From positions 313 through 64,312 of the IMG/VR virus record IMGVR_UViG_3300020577_013547: a DNA stretch of 64,000 nucleotides. One strand, 5' to 3'. Below, in pieces: positions 28,826-38,921 of this stretch. Under the pieces are notes generated by a model. It saw only the letters and a program-made list of their open reading frames with translations, was not told the DNA's origin and ran no database searches. Within the stretch, counting starts at the first letter, position 1. The number at the start of each line of letters is the position of its first letter. This DNA is from a virus (Duplodnaviria; Caudoviricetes). The translations under genes and the position numbers were made by a program.

Positions 28826-29364
28826 GAAAGCTCCTTGGCAGCATGCAGATCAGCTTCTGCAATCGTCCAACCAAGTTCTCGCATCCTCGAGCACGGTTGC
28901 GAGCACACAGCAAGAAATGCCGCCTTGTCGTCTGCAGTAGCAATGCCTGACTTCACCACTGCATCTATCATTGCCATCACTTCGGAGTCAGCCGAGTCCA
29001 CCTTGGACTCGGGTGCCGAGTTTGCGATCGTAACGATGAGGTCGCAGATGTCGCCGATCGGCCCAGGTGTGCCTGCCGCTGCTTTCAGCTTACGAAGCAA
29101 GCCACGCGATGCGAGGAATCGAGTGAATGTAGCGACTGTGATCTGTTGCGGCATCGACTGAGTGTTCGCGTTGAACAACTGCAGGATGCCGTACACTGCA
29201 TCTGGCGTCAGCTTGCCAAAGCGATGCTTGATGCGTTCCCAGCGAGGCTTGGCTGCTTCCTCTGCTGGTTCAGGCTCTGCAGGAAAGACATTCGCCCACA
29301 ACGGTGCTAGGGCCGCTGCTAGCGGCCCGGACTCGATCTCAGCTTTGAGCTTAGCGTGAGTCAC
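28822..29364 (-). CDS. Hypothetical protein
   Basis: GTGA overlap with upstream stop. Confidence 0.5.
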   Translation of the reverse strand: MTHAKLKAEIESGPLAAALAPLWANVFPAEPEPAEEAAKPRWERIKHRFGKLTPDAVYGILQLFNANTQSMPQQITVATFTRFLASRGLLRKLKAAAGTPGPIGDICDLIVTIANSAPESKVDSADSEVMAMIDAVVKSGIATADDKAAFLAVCSQPCSRMRELGWTIAEADLHAAKELS

Positions 29365-29786
29365 AGTCGAACTCCGAGTTTCGTTGGGTCGCCGAGGCCG
29401 AAAGTCCGCTTCGGCAGACCAGCAGCACGATCGGCTGCATGCTGGCACTCGCGGAGGAAGCCGAGCGCTGCATGAAGCAGTGCATCTGCCTCGTCTTGAG
29501 CCACGCCAGCGGCGATCAGGGTGCGATGTTCACCAGTGTGATCTGGGTGCACGCTCGCAGGTCCGATCACATGGACACGAGCACCGTTCTGCAGCTGCCT
29601 ATAGCCGTGCTTCTTGTGATCGGCAGCGTCAGCGATCACGGAGTAGCCGCGGGCCTCCAGCTTCGCTTTCAGGATGCTCGGCACAACCATGCCGACTTCG
29701 ATGGACTCGCACACAGCATCTGCGAATGCATTGCCTGCAAAGCGCTTTGCCGCAGCAACCATCCACTCAGTGTTCTTCGCTTGCAT
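29361..29786 (-). CDS. Hypothetical protein
   Basis: Contiguous late operon ORF. Confidence 0.45.
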   Translation of the reverse strand: MQAKNTEWMVAAAKRFAGNAFADAVCESIEVGMVVPSILKAKLEARGYSVIADAADHKKHGYRQLQNGARVHVIGPASVHPDHTGEHRTLIAAGVAQDEADALLHAALGFLRECQHAADRAAGLPKRTFGLGDPTKLGVRL

Positions 29787-29789
29787 GTG

Positions 29790-30335
29790 TTAGCTCAGTG
29801 TGAATACGCCGCTCGCGTTCGCGGCTACGGTGAGGGTGTTTCCATCCGTCGCTGTCACATCGGCCGGCGTGGAATCGAGGAGCGCGTAGCAAAGCACGTT
29901 GCCTGCCACTTCGTAGATGACAGCATAGCGAGCCGTGATGCTTCCACCGCTGGCTGTCCACACTGGATCCGTCGCGATGTCAACTGTGACAGTCGTCGTG
30001 CCGCTCAGCGTGAGCGTGATGGATGCACCGCCAGTCGTGTAGCCGTTTGCGTTGGAGTGCTCGTTCGTGAGACCTGCATACGTCGTGGATGATGCACCAA
30101 TGTTGCTCGTAGAGAGGAACAGCGCCATCTTCCACGTATCACTGTCTATGTCGAACGTGCCGTCGAGCAACTTCGTGCGGCCGCCGTTTGTGAACGTCCA
30201 CGAGCCGGCCGCCCCGAGGCACAGCATGTCATGCGTGGCTTGGAACCACCACATGAGGGCGGAAGCAACGCAAGCTTGCAGCCATTGCTTCAGGGAGGCT
30301 CGTCGCTTGATTGGCATCCATCGCATTGTCCACAC
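29790..30335 (-). CDS. Virion structural protein (tail-fibre-associated type)
   Basis: FDIDSDTWKMAL...GYTTGG...ITARYAVIY pattern of common phage structural family; start uncertain. Confidence 0.6.
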   Translation of the reverse strand: MWTMRWMPIKRRASLKQWLQACVASALMWWFQATHDMLCLGAAGSWTFTNGGRTKLLDGTFDIDSDTWKMALFLSTSNIGASSTTYAGLTNEHSNANGYTTGGASITLTLSGTTTVTVDIATDPVWTASGGSITARYAVIYEVAGNVLCYALLDSTPADVTATDGNTLTVAANASGVFTLS

Positions 30336-30352
30336 CTCGCATGTAACGCCGC

Positions 30353-30381
30353 ATTATACCATAAATCTAGATGCATGTCAA
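30353..30381 (-). promoter_or_regulatory. Leftward consensus sigma70 promoter (structural operon)
   Basis: TTGACA-17-TATAAT with extended TG. Confidence 0.8.
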
Positions 30382-30391
30382 GAACATTGTA

Positions 30392-30419
30392 TTGACAAGT
30401 TATACCGATATGATATAAT
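30392..30419 (+). promoter_or_regulatory. Rightward consensus sigma70 promoter
   Basis: TTGACA-16-TATAAT with extended TG; ATG 30426 lies 7 nt downstream. Confidence 0.8.
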
Positions 30420-30425
30420 ATCAAA

Positions 30426-30782
30426 ATGATCGACATGGACCTACAAGTGGTGCGAGAAGCGATTGACTTGGAGCAGTCGCGACTCCGCGCCGCAAGCATC
30501 CAGGGGAAGAGGTGGCGAAGCAAGCTCATGAAGCTCGCAGACAAGCTACGTAGCATTCGCGGCGACAGGCCGCAGAAGCTCATTGCCAAGCTCGCTGGCG
30601 TGCCTCAAGGCTACGTCAGCCAAGTCGAAAGCGGTTTCGTTCGTTTCGATACTCAATCTCTGCTGCGTGTGCTGGATGCATACGCTCAACTCGAAAGGGA
30701 AGCCCATGGACCTGTCGACGGTGACGAAGGAGCAAGTTACAGAGTACCTCGCACAGGAAGCTCGCCTCAAGGAAGCGCCTGA
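30426..30782 (+). CDS. XRE-family HTH regulator
   Basis: QKLIAKLAGVPQGYVSQVESG. Confidence 0.8.
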   Translation: MIDMDLQVVREAIDLEQSRLRAASIQGKRWRSKLMKLADKLRSIRGDRPQKLIAKLAGVPQGYVSQVESGFVRFDTQSLLRVLDAYAQLEREAHGPVDGDEGASYRVPRTGSSPQGSA

Positions 30783-31296
30783 TCCAGAGGTCATGCTCAA
30801 GTATGCGCGGCGAATCGCACGCCGCATGCATCCCAACGATCCAATCGAAGCAGACTCAATCGCAGGACTCGCAGTGCGCAAAGCACACGAGACCTACAGC
30901 GGCAAGGTCAAGTGGGAGCGATGGGTCGCACGACTCGTCAAGCAACGCATCTGGGCTCACTGGCGGCACATCCGTGATCGCCACGAGGAGGAACAGTCCG
31001 AGTTCTGGACTGAGACGGTGATGTACGTGGAGCGGCCCGAAGAATCGGACCTTCGCATCAGCACCGAAGCCTGGCAACTCCTGTACGAGCACCATGTCGA
31101 ACGCTGGCCGCTCGATGTGATCGCTCGAAAGTACGGCGTCTCAGTGTACACCATCAAGCAGTGGATTAAGGCACTGCAAACTCGCTTCTGCGAGGCGTAC
31201 CGTGAAGACGCAATCGCACTCGGGCTCATCGCTCCAAGTGCCGAAGAATGCATCCGAGACATGCTCAAAGAGCTCGTCAACGATCGCTCCTGGTAA
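30706..31296 (+). CDS. ECF-like RNA polymerase sigma factor
   Basis: Region 2 (YARRIARR...WERWVARLVKQRI) and region 4 HTH (LDVIARKYGVSVYTIKQW); GAAAGGGA RBS. Confidence 0.7.
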   Translation: MDLSTVTKEQVTEYLAQEARLKEAPDPEVMLKYARRIARRMHPNDPIEADSIAGLAVRKAHETYSGKVKWERWVARLVKQRIWAHWRHIRDRHEEEQSEFWTETVMYVERPEESDLRISTEAWQLLYEHHVERWPLDVIARKYGVSVYTIKQWIKALQTRFCEAYREDAIALGLIAPSAEECIRDMLKELVNDRSW

Positions 31297-31348
31297 TTCT
31301 TGCGCCCAGGCACTTGCCTGGGCGTTTTCGTGTAAACCAGTGAGTGAC

Positions 31349-31452
31349 TGTCCCAATGACTCGATTTTCTCGATTATCTGAGAATTGACCTATATACAGC
31401 TCGTTCTATAGAGATCTTTTCAACAGTCCAAGAAAATCGAGTCATTGGGACA
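31349..31452. repeat. 104-bp palindromic element, copy 1
   Basis: Perfect 22-bp inverted repeat TGTCCCAATGACTCGATTTTCT around a 60-bp AT-rich core. Confidence 0.85.
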
Positions 31453-31654
31453 ATCATGACTGGGATCTAGAAACAAGCATCAAACCACGCGCGCGCGACA
31501 TAGCCGAGGTTCTCTCAACTCAGCATACACGTACCATGTTCCTCTTTGCCATCGTGCTATCATTCAGCGCGCTCCTAGGCTGGCATCCAGCCACATGCGT
31601 CCTGAAGCACGGTGCACCGAGGAGCGACGCGGTGGAACCGCAGAACGACTGCCT

Positions 31655-31852
31655 ATGACAGCAAGTACGCCTCACCTACTTCGCATCAAAGCTGAGACAC
31701 TTCTGCGATTGCATCTCCGCAAAGCAACTCCAGCTACGAAGCATGCTCTTCTCCACCGCATTCGAACCCTGGATGCTTGCGTTGCATTACTCGAAGCTGA
31801 AGACGATAAAGGCGCACTCAAGCTGTTGCGCACTATCGTCCCGGTTCGGTGA
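31655..31852 (+). CDS. Hypothetical protein
   Basis: Short ORF in plus-strand operon. Confidence 0.4.
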   Translation: MTASTPHLLRIKAETLLRLHLRKATPATKHALLHRIRTLDACVALLEAEDDKGALKLLRTIVPVR

Positions 31853-31871
31853 ATGGGACATACACTGTTCG

Positions 31872-32267
31872 ATGAACACCTTCCTCCCATATGCATGCTT
31901 CAAGCAGTCGGCTGCATGCCTTGACATGCGCCGCCTTGGCAAACAGCGCGTCGAAGTGCTACAGTTGCTCCAAGGCAGCTTTCCGAACCACCCTGCCTCT
32001 CGCATGTGGCGGGGCTACGAGCACGCGCTGGCTGTCTACGGCACTTACATCTGCGCAGAGTGGCAAAGTCGCGGCTATCGCGATACAGTATTCGACAAGC
32101 TGCAGCCTTACTTGTCCACTGGTTCCATGCCACCCTGGTTCGGTGCTCACCAATTTCACAGCGACTGCAGAGCAAACTTGCTCCGCAAGGATGCTGTGTA
32201 CTACTCCCGTTATGGGTGGCTAGAGCTACCCAAGAAAGGCTACTCATGGCCTACACTGGATGGCTGA
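31872..32267 (+). CDS. Pyrimidine-dimer DNA glycosylase family protein
   Basis: MNTFLPY...LD.RRLGKQRVE...NHPA.RMWRGY. Confidence 0.85.
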   Translation: MNTFLPYACFKQSAACLDMRRLGKQRVEVLQLLQGSFPNHPASRMWRGYEHALAVYGTYICAEWQSRGYRDTVFDKLQPYLSTGSMPPWFGAHQFHSDCRANLLRKDAVYYSRYGWLELPKKGYSWPTLDG

Positions 32268-32749
32268 TCGACAATGGGCAGCTGCTGCTTGCTTGCAGCG
32301 GCACGGATGCAGCCGAGGTGCAAGCTGAGCTCACAAAACGAGCTGGCGAGAAGCCTTCGCTACTCGTCGACCTCAGCATCGACAGGAACGCAGTGCTCGA
32401 TGCTCTGGTGGCATTCGCGAAGCCATACATGCGACCAAACATGTTCATGGCAAGCCTCGCTGCAGCTGTTCAGCAAGTTGCTCGCATGCAACGCAAGCAG
32501 ATGTACCTCGGCTGGTACATTGCCGATGGCCACTTGCGACTCGGCGTGTACGGCAAGGACTACGATGCAACGCTGTGCAAGCTCGCCGAGGTTGCTGGCA
32601 ACAACGTACAGATAGTGCTCCCAGCCTTCGGCGGGCAACGCGACCTGTGGGACTTCGGCAAACGAAACGGCATTGCAGAAGACGCCATGGCGGAGGACGT
32701 TGCGAATGCTGAGCGAAACTTCGCGGCAATACCGAAAGCAGATGGCTGA
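32246..32749 (+). CDS. Hypothetical protein
   Basis: Coupled ORF. Confidence 0.5.
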   Translation: MAYTGWLIDNGQLLLACSGTDAAEVQAELTKRAGEKPSLLVDLSIDRNAVLDALVAFAKPYMRPNMFMASLAAAVQQVARMQRKQMYLGWYIADGHLRLGVYGKDYDATLCKLAEVAGNNVQIVLPAFGGQRDLWDFGKRNGIAEDAMAEDVANAERNFAAIPKADG

Positions 32750-33143
32750 TCGCGGCGACGCTGCCTCGCTTCGCATCCTCGAAGCAGACGACGTGGAGCG
32801 GTTCATCGAGGACCGCTGCGAAGAGGGCGGTGACGCGAAGCTCCGAGACATCCTCCGCGAATACCGACAGTGGGGCAAAGGACTGCCACTGTCGGCGTAT
32901 AGGCTATCCAAGTACCTTGCTGGCCGCAAGCTGACGTTGTTCTATGCTCCAGACCCGCTCGGTCACCTGGAAGCATGGGTTGCGAAGCTGCCACGTGTCG
33001 GCAAAGTTCGCAAGGGTAAGTTGCTCAAAGCATATAGGGAGAGTGGAGGTAAGCTCTCCAACCGAGCTTTCGGCGATGCGATGAAGCAACTGGGCTTTCG
33101 CGACGACGTAAGCCGCAAGTACTACCTGGAGCTGTCACTGTGA
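32742..33143 (+). CDS. Hypothetical (possible DNA-binding) protein
   Basis: Coupled ORF; LSNRAFGDAMKQLGF winged-helix-like end. Confidence 0.45.
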   Translation: MADRGDAASLRILEADDVERFIEDRCEEGGDAKLRDILREYRQWGKGLPLSAYRLSKYLAGRKLTLFYAPDPLGHLEAWVAKLPRVGKVRKGKLLKAYRESGGKLSNRAFGDAMKQLGFRDDVSRKYYLELSL

Positions 33144-33472
33144 AAGCACCGCAACGGCCAACGAAACTTCCGTGCCCGAACTTCACGCCACTGCGCGACC
33201 TTGTTGCGATCTACGTGATCGACAACCGGAAGTCAGCAGGTGGCGTCATCATTCCCGACGGGGCTCGCCACGAGGAGGCTTGCTACTCCATCGTGCTGGC
33301 CGCCGGCAAGGACGTGGCGGAGCTCAAGGCTGGTGACATGATCGTCACCTCGCCGGACATCCTGTGCAAGTTCATCCCGGATGTCGACGCTCGCAACACC
33401 GATGACAACGCGATGCGCATCCTGCTCATCGAGGAGAAGAACCTCGTCGGAGGCAAGGTAGACGAATGCTGA
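33140..33472 (+). CDS. groES: GroES-like co-chaperonin
   Basis: PLRDLV...SAGGVIIPD...VLAAG...LKAGD. Confidence 0.75.
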   Translation: MKAPQRPTKLPCPNFTPLRDLVAIYVIDNRKSAGGVIIPDGARHEEACYSIVLAAGKDVAELKAGDMIVTSPDILCKFIPDVDARNTDDNAMRILLIEEKNLVGGKVDEC

Positions 33473-34326
33473 TCACGCGACCAATGCTGGCAGGCAGGCT
33501 CCGCGACTACAACGTGGACCTGCTCCGCTTCCCGGTGCTCGCCACGCCCAAGCTCGATGGCATTCGATGCCTCAAGCTCGGCGGCGAGGCATACGCCCGG
33601 AGCTTCAAGCCGATTCGCAACCAGCACATTGCGCACACAATCGCACAGTCATCGCTTCCAGATGGCTGTGACGGCGAGCTCATGGCTGGCGAGACGTTCC
33701 AAGACGTCGAGTCGGCGGTGATGTCAGCCGACGGCACGCCAGACTTCACCTACTGGGTATTCGACGTCGCACAGCCGGAGCCATACAAGGATAGAGTGCA
33801 ATACATTCCAGGCAATATCCCCTGGGTCCGTGCGGTGCTGCCCGTGTTGCTGGAGAATGCTACACAATTCGACGAGTACTACTCGCAATGCCTCGAGCAA
33901 GGCTTCGAAGGCATCATGACGCGCGACCCAGATGGTCCATACAAGTGTGGCCGCTCCACACCCAAGGAGCAGTGGCTTCTCAAGTGGAAGCAGTTCTTCG
34001 ACCGCGAAGCGGTGATCATCGGCTTCGAGGAAGCGAGGACGAATCTCAACCCGCAAGTGCCTAACAACTTCGGCCTCATGCGACGGCCTGGAGGCAGTGG
34101 CGGCAAGGTTGCAAAGGGCACGCTAGGCAGCCTTGTGTGCATGGATGAACGCTTCGGCCGCATCAGCTGCTCCGGCAAGATGGACGATGCGCTGAAACAA
34201 CACATCTGGAACAACCAATCCGCGTACATCGGCCGCACGATCACCTACCGCTACCAAGCCATTGGCGTGAAGGATAAGCCTCGCATGCCAATTTTCCAGA
34301 GGTTTCGCGATGACCCTGACGCTTGA
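33466..34326 (+). CDS. ATP-dependent DNA ligase
   Basis: PKLDGIRC (KxDG), DGEL, EGIM, LLKWK. Confidence 0.92.
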   Translation: MLITRPMLAGRLRDYNVDLLRFPVLATPKLDGIRCLKLGGEAYARSFKPIRNQHIAHTIAQSSLPDGCDGELMAGETFQDVESAVMSADGTPDFTYWVFDVAQPEPYKDRVQYIPGNIPWVRAVLPVLLENATQFDEYYSQCLEQGFEGIMTRDPDGPYKCGRSTPKEQWLLKWKQFFDREAVIIGFEEARTNLNPQVPNNFGLMRRPGGSGGKVAKGTLGSLVCMDERFGRISCSGKMDDALKQHIWNNQSAYIGRTITYRYQAIGVKDKPRMPIFQRFRDDPDA

Positions 34327-34600
34327 GCCGACACCTGCAGAAGAGCTCGCGGCACGAGTGCAAAGAGGCGGCAAGCCCATCCGCCCGCGCAAGAAGCTGA
34401 CGAATTGCCTCAGAGCCCTGCGAGAGGGCCTCAAGCTTAAACTCAGTGACGTCGCGGCCGAGTGTGGCTGCTCAAGTCAGCACATGAGCAAGCTTGAGCT
34501 CGGCGTGTGGTCGCCGAACATCGTGCTCGGGCTGCGCATCGCACGCTTTTACGGTCGAAGCATCGAGTCGCTGTGGACGGAGGCTGAGGATGCGACGTAA
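34310..34600 (+). CDS. XRE-family HTH protein
   Basis: LSDVAAECGCSSQHMSKLELG...IARFYGRSIESLW. Confidence 0.8.
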   Translation: MTLTLEPTPAEELAARVQRGGKPIRPRKKLTNCLRALREGLKLKLSDVAAECGCSSQHMSKLELGVWSPNIVLGLRIARFYGRSIESLWTEAEDAT

Positions 34601-34823
34601 TGTACCATTGCACGTTGACCGCAGGCCAACACTGTGCACGAGTAGCAGTCGCGGCTATCCAGCGCATCTTGTAGGCAGGCTTCGCGTCACACGCAACGGT
34701 GAAGTGTACCTGGATGGTACGCATGTTGCCACCATCTCGAAGCGTGGTACCATGTGGACAGTGAACAACGGCATACAAGTCTACGAGACTCGTCGTGAAG
34801 CAGTGGAGGCGGCGCTAGAATGA
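34590..34823 (+). CDS. Hypothetical protein
   Basis: Coupled ORF. Confidence 0.45.
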   Translation: MRRNVPLHVDRRPTLCTSSSRGYPAHLVGRLRVTRNGEVYLDGTHVATISKRGTMWTVNNGIQVYETRREAVEAALE

Positions 34824-36286
34824 AGTTCGAGCCTTACCCAATCCAGAAGCTCGCCATCGACGGAGCTACCAAGTTCCTCCGCGAAGCAGCTCCCGGTGCA
34901 CGCAAGCTCTATGCGGCTCCCACTGGATTTGGGAAGTCCGTCATCGAGCTGGCACTGCTGGAGTCGCATCCAGAGCTGTACCTCGTCACGCCACGCGACG
35001 AAATCATGCAAGGCATGTTCGAGAAGCTCGAAGTCACCGATCACCCTCGCATCCATACTCCCATCAAGCTCCGCAACATGCTTTTGCGTGGCGAGGCTCA
35101 GCCATATCCAGCGCAGCTGTGCATCGACGAAGGCCACCATCAGACTGAAGAGTCCAAGAACTTCCTCGACTTGCTCACTGGCAATGCACCCATGGTGGCA
35201 TACACGGCAACACCGTACCGTGGCTCACCAAAGGGCACTCGCGAATTCCGAGAGTTCTGGGGCGAGCCAGAGTGGATCATAACGTACCGCGAAGCACTGG
35301 ACATGAAGCTGATCCAGATGCCTCGCATGGAAATCCTGCCACTCGTCGACGATGACATAATCGAGGTGACAGGCGGCGAGTTCACGATTGAGTCCATCGA
35401 CTCTGCCACGCTTGACCGCCTCCAGGATCTCGCCGAACACGCTCGCACATGGCACGACGGATCCAAGTGGACCAAGCCGACGATCTTCGCAATGCCGTCG
35501 AAGGCTTGCTGCAAGCGGATGCATGAGGAACTCAGCAAACGAGGCCTCCCGTGTGCCATCGTTGCAGCCGATACGCCCCGCGAAGATCGCTACCTGATCT
35601 ACGACCTCGTCGTGCGCGGCGGACTCGCTCTGCTGCAGATCGGCATCGTGTCCGAAGGCTTCGACAAGCCGATCGGCCGCATCGTAGATGCTGCGCCGAC
35701 GATGTCACCAGTGAAGTGGGTACAACTCCTTGGTCGCGCCGGCCGCATCACGGCACATGAACCAGAGTACATCTGCACGAACCGCAACATCCTGCGGCAT
35801 GCATACGTGCTCGACGGCGTCGTCCCAGTGCAGGCTGTAGTTGCAACTGAGCAAGCCTTCGGGCCTACAGAACGCGTCCACGCTCGAGTGCTCGGCATGG
35901 AAGCACTCGGCCGCTTCAAAGCAACGACCACGAAGCTGCTCAATGGTAGCAATGCTTACGTGTACTCCATGTCCGTCCCAGCCGGACAGTTCACGGTCGA
36001 CTACACGTGCATCACAGCGCCTACACAAGCCAAGGTGCTGTGGGCATACAAGGTGCGTACAGTCAAGCAAGATGGGAGCATCGACTGGGGCAAGTGGAAG
36101 AGCTGCTCTGCTCCCGAGACACTCAAGGGCTTCGGAAGCGTAGCACCCAAGGCACCTAGCGAGAAGCAGATGAGCTGGTGGACTCGCTCAGCAGCCCGCT
36201 GCGGCCTCGAGCCGGATCAGGAAGTGAATCGCAAGTCCTTCCAAGCACTGCCCGTGCTAACTGACCTGGGCGAGAGGCTAACTTGA
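34820..36286 (+). CDS. Superfamily 2 helicase
   Basis: APTGFGKS, IDEGHH, TATPYR, SEGFD, QLLGRAGR. Confidence 0.88.
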   Translation: MKFEPYPIQKLAIDGATKFLREAAPGARKLYAAPTGFGKSVIELALLESHPELYLVTPRDEIMQGMFEKLEVTDHPRIHTPIKLRNMLLRGEAQPYPAQLCIDEGHHQTEESKNFLDLLTGNAPMVAYTATPYRGSPKGTREFREFWGEPEWIITYREALDMKLIQMPRMEILPLVDDDIIEVTGGEFTIESIDSATLDRLQDLAEHARTWHDGSKWTKPTIFAMPSKACCKRMHEELSKRGLPCAIVAADTPREDRYLIYDLVVRGGLALLQIGIVSEGFDKPIGRIVDAAPTMSPVKWVQLLGRAGRITAHEPEYICTNRNILRHAYVLDGVVPVQAVVATEQAFGPTERVHARVLGMEALGRFKATTTKLLNGSNAYVYSMSVPAGQFTVDYTCITAPTQAKVLWAYKVRTVKQDGSIDWGKWKSCSAPETLKGFGSVAPKAPSEKQMSWWTRSAARCGLEPDQEVNRKSFQALPVLTDLGERLT

Positions 36287-36666
36287 AGTACACTATACGA
36301 CTACTGCAGAAGGCAGTTAGCTCGCATCCTGCTTATCCAGACTATGGCGGTCGTGGCATCAAAGTATGCTTCAGCAGTGCAGCTGAGTTTGCAATGCAGA
36401 AGCTGCGAACGAACTCGCCTGCATACTGGAGAAGCTATGACGATCGCATGGGTGGAGTACTGCGGCAACGGTGCATTCAGCATGCACTTCCGCACGGACC
36501 TCGCTACCTCTCAACTTGAGGACATAGGCGCGTGCATACTCGCTACACTACGCCAGAAGGGCGTGGACATAGCCAAGATGCTCGCACTCGCTGACGTCGG
36601 CGTGCACTGTGCCGAAGAGTATGCGACACGTGAGTACATCGACACACTCGCACCCTCGGTGAACTG

Positions 36667-37614
36667 ATGAGCACCAAGCATGAACTGCTGGACCGCGTGT
36701 CCAGCCACCCTGACAGATGCGAAGACGTGCACTGCTTAGTGTGCAGTGTTCGCGACTGTCCGCACAAGTCGCCGTTCCACTACCACGCAGATGGATGCCC
36801 ACAGTGTGTGCGCCCTGAAGCTCGAGTGCTCGAGCTCTACGGCACTCAGCACTACCCCATCCATCCGAGTGGCATCCGCCGGCTGGCGACCTGTCCATGG
36901 GAGGCAGCAAGCATGTTCCTGAGCGAAGTCGCCAGCGAAGAAGGCGGCGTAGCAGGTGACACTGGTTCCGCCTTCCATGCTGCCATCGCGGCCTTCCACA
37001 ACGGAAAGGGGGTGGCCGATTCTGTAGCTGAGATGCGCACAAAGCTCGCGAACTATCCGCAAGCTGATCTACAGGACGCGGCAGGCCTCTTTCTTATGTA
37101 TGCCACGGACTCTCGCAACCAAGGTGCGAAAGTCTGCCTCAACGAAGAGCCAATCACCTACACCCTCCAAGCCGCTCCCGAAGATCACACGCAAACGCCG
37201 ATCACGATAATCGGGACCGTCGACCAAGTCCGCCGCGATCCGAACCACCATCGGCCACGCGTCTACGATGCCAAGACCACCAAGAAGGGTGGCTACTACG
37301 CGCAACGGCAGAGCATCTTCCAGATGGCTGCCTACTGTGCCGCTGCATCCATTCGTCTCGGCGAACCAGTGGACCCGGGCGCACTCATCCTTCCTCGGCT
37401 CTACAAGCCCGATGGCAGCGGCAATGTCTTCTGGTACTACCCATGGACGTTCGAAGACGTCCCGCAGATCCTCGCAGTGCTTCGGCATCGCGTCGCCGAC
37501 ATTCGTGCTGGCCGCCTGTGGCACATGCCGACTGACAACTGCGACTGGTGCCACTTCAAGACTCCGGACGTGTGCCTTCCACGCCTGCAGACAACCCTCA
37601 AGGTGTTGCGATGA
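36667..37614 (+). CDS. PD-(D/E)XK exonuclease (RecB/Cas4-like)
   Basis: GTVDQV...YDAKT, QMAAY, C-terminal CDWCHF. Confidence 0.8.
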   Translation: MSTKHELLDRVSSHPDRCEDVHCLVCSVRDCPHKSPFHYHADGCPQCVRPEARVLELYGTQHYPIHPSGIRRLATCPWEAASMFLSEVASEEGGVAGDTGSAFHAAIAAFHNGKGVADSVAEMRTKLANYPQADLQDAAGLFLMYATDSRNQGAKVCLNEEPITYTLQAAPEDHTQTPITIIGTVDQVRRDPNHHRPRVYDAKTTKKGGYYAQRQSIFQMAAYCAAASIRLGEPVDPGALILPRLYKPDGSGNVFWYYPWTFEDVPQILAVLRHRVADIRAGRLWHMPTDNCDWCHFKTPDVCLPRLQTTLKVLR

Positions 37615-37823
37615 CATGCGAGCTGTTCGCTGAGATTACATTGCGACCCGTCGAGCAAGCTACCCGCGCCGAGCGTACAGCTGCATACAGGCATCACGAG
37701 GCTTGCGAGGCATGCCGCAGGCTGATTGAATCGCGAGAGAAGGCTGAGCTGCCGCCCGATGCATGCAAGCTCATCGACGAGATTGCATTCGCCGATGCTT
37801 TTACAAAGGACCCAGAATGCTGA
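37611..37823 (+). CDS. Hypothetical protein
   Basis: ATGA-coupled ORF. Confidence 0.4.
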   Translation: MTCELFAEITLRPVEQATRAERTAAYRHHEACEACRRLIESREKAELPPDACKLIDEIAFADAFTKDPEC

Positions 37824-38338
37824 CTGAATGCAAGTGCGGTTGCCACAGTGGCGGCATGCTCCACTTCGTTGCCTGCTGTGTGCAGTGCCCTGGATGCGGC
37901 ACGCGCTTCAAGGACAATCCTGCCTACCGCATGCACGTGCGCATCTGCCCACACGAGCCTGCCGCGCTCATGGCCGAGTACAAGGCGTCGCTGAAGCACT
38001 TCACTGCGACTGCACCCACGGCGTTGCTCATCGGTCGCTACCAGCCGTTCCACGACGGTCACCTGGAACTCGCAAGGCAGGCCATCGAGCGCGTCGGCCA
38101 AGTGTGCATTGCAATGCGGCACACGGAGGTCGATGCGAGGAATCCGTTCGACTTCAACCAACGTGGCATCTTCATCATGGCAAAGATGCGGCCACACCTC
38201 GGCAAGTACATCATCGAGCTCGTCCCGAACTTCACGCACGTGTTCTACGGTCGCGACGTCGGGTACAGCATTGAGCAGCTCGATACTGGAGTGCTGAAGC
38301 AAGTCAGCGCCACGCAGATTCGCGAGGCGTTGTTGTGA
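37817..38338 (+). CDS. HIGH-family nucleotidyltransferase (cytidylyltransferase-like)
   Basis: IGRYQPFHDGH, VSATQIR. Confidence 0.8.
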   Translation: MLTECKCGCHSGGMLHFVACCVQCPGCGTRFKDNPAYRMHVRICPHEPAALMAEYKASLKHFTATAPTALLIGRYQPFHDGHLELARQAIERVGQVCIAMRHTEVDARNPFDFNQRGIFIMAKMRPHLGKYIIELVPNFTHVFYGRDVGYSIEQLDTGVLKQVSATQIREALL

Positions 38339-38480
38339 TGTGGAGTGCCCACAGCACTGCGAGCGGCCAGCCGATGCAGGAGAAGCACAGCATCGTTGAC
38401 AGCAATGCACTCCCTGGATTCGGCATCGCGAGCGGTGGGCACGCCAGTGCAATTAAGTGACGCATGGTAGCGGCATAAGC

Positions 38481-38870
38481 ATGAGGCATAATTCCATAGT
38501 GAAGCACTTTGCGACGTTCTACAGCCCCGGTACGCTCGTCGCTGAGACGACACAGCGTGAAGTGCCGGCGTGGGATGCAGAGGAAGCTAAGCGAATCGCT
38601 GCAACCATTGCAGAGCGGTACGGTGCCACGCCTTACGGCTTCCAGTTCACTACCGTGAACTGGGAGTCGAAGGAAACAGCACGCTCACCGATGTATTACC
38701 TGCCGCACTGCAAGGTTGAGACGCTTGCAGAGATTGAAGCGAGGAACCTACCGAACGAAAGCATTCTCAGAAGCAACATGCTGCACAACGGCTGGGACCG
38801 CATCGTGACAACTACCACTGGATGGATGGTGTCGCTGCCACTAAAACCCAGCGACATAGTCTTGGCTTGA
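38481..38870 (+). CDS. Hypothetical protein
   Basis: Intact ORF, phage-like. Confidence 0.5.
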   Translation: MRHNSIVKHFATFYSPGTLVAETTQREVPAWDAEEAKRIAATIAERYGATPYGFQFTTVNWESKETARSPMYYLPHCKVETLAEIEARNLPNESILRSNMLHNGWDRIVTTTTGWMVSLPLKPSDIVLA

Positions 38871-38921
38871 TTCCTCGGACATACACTCAGAATCGCCCAC
38901 AACCTTAGAAGCGAGAAGCAC

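Noticed and set aside
36283-36667. HNH homing endonuclease (YPDYGGRGIKVC motif)
   Set aside because: Only the N-terminal motif is recognisable and the HNH core is absent or frameshifted; probably a remnant, and the real coding frame is unclear
36667-37614. Cas4 as part of a CRISPR system
   Set aside because: Stand-alone PD-(D/E)XK nucleases are routine in phage replication modules; no array or other cas genes
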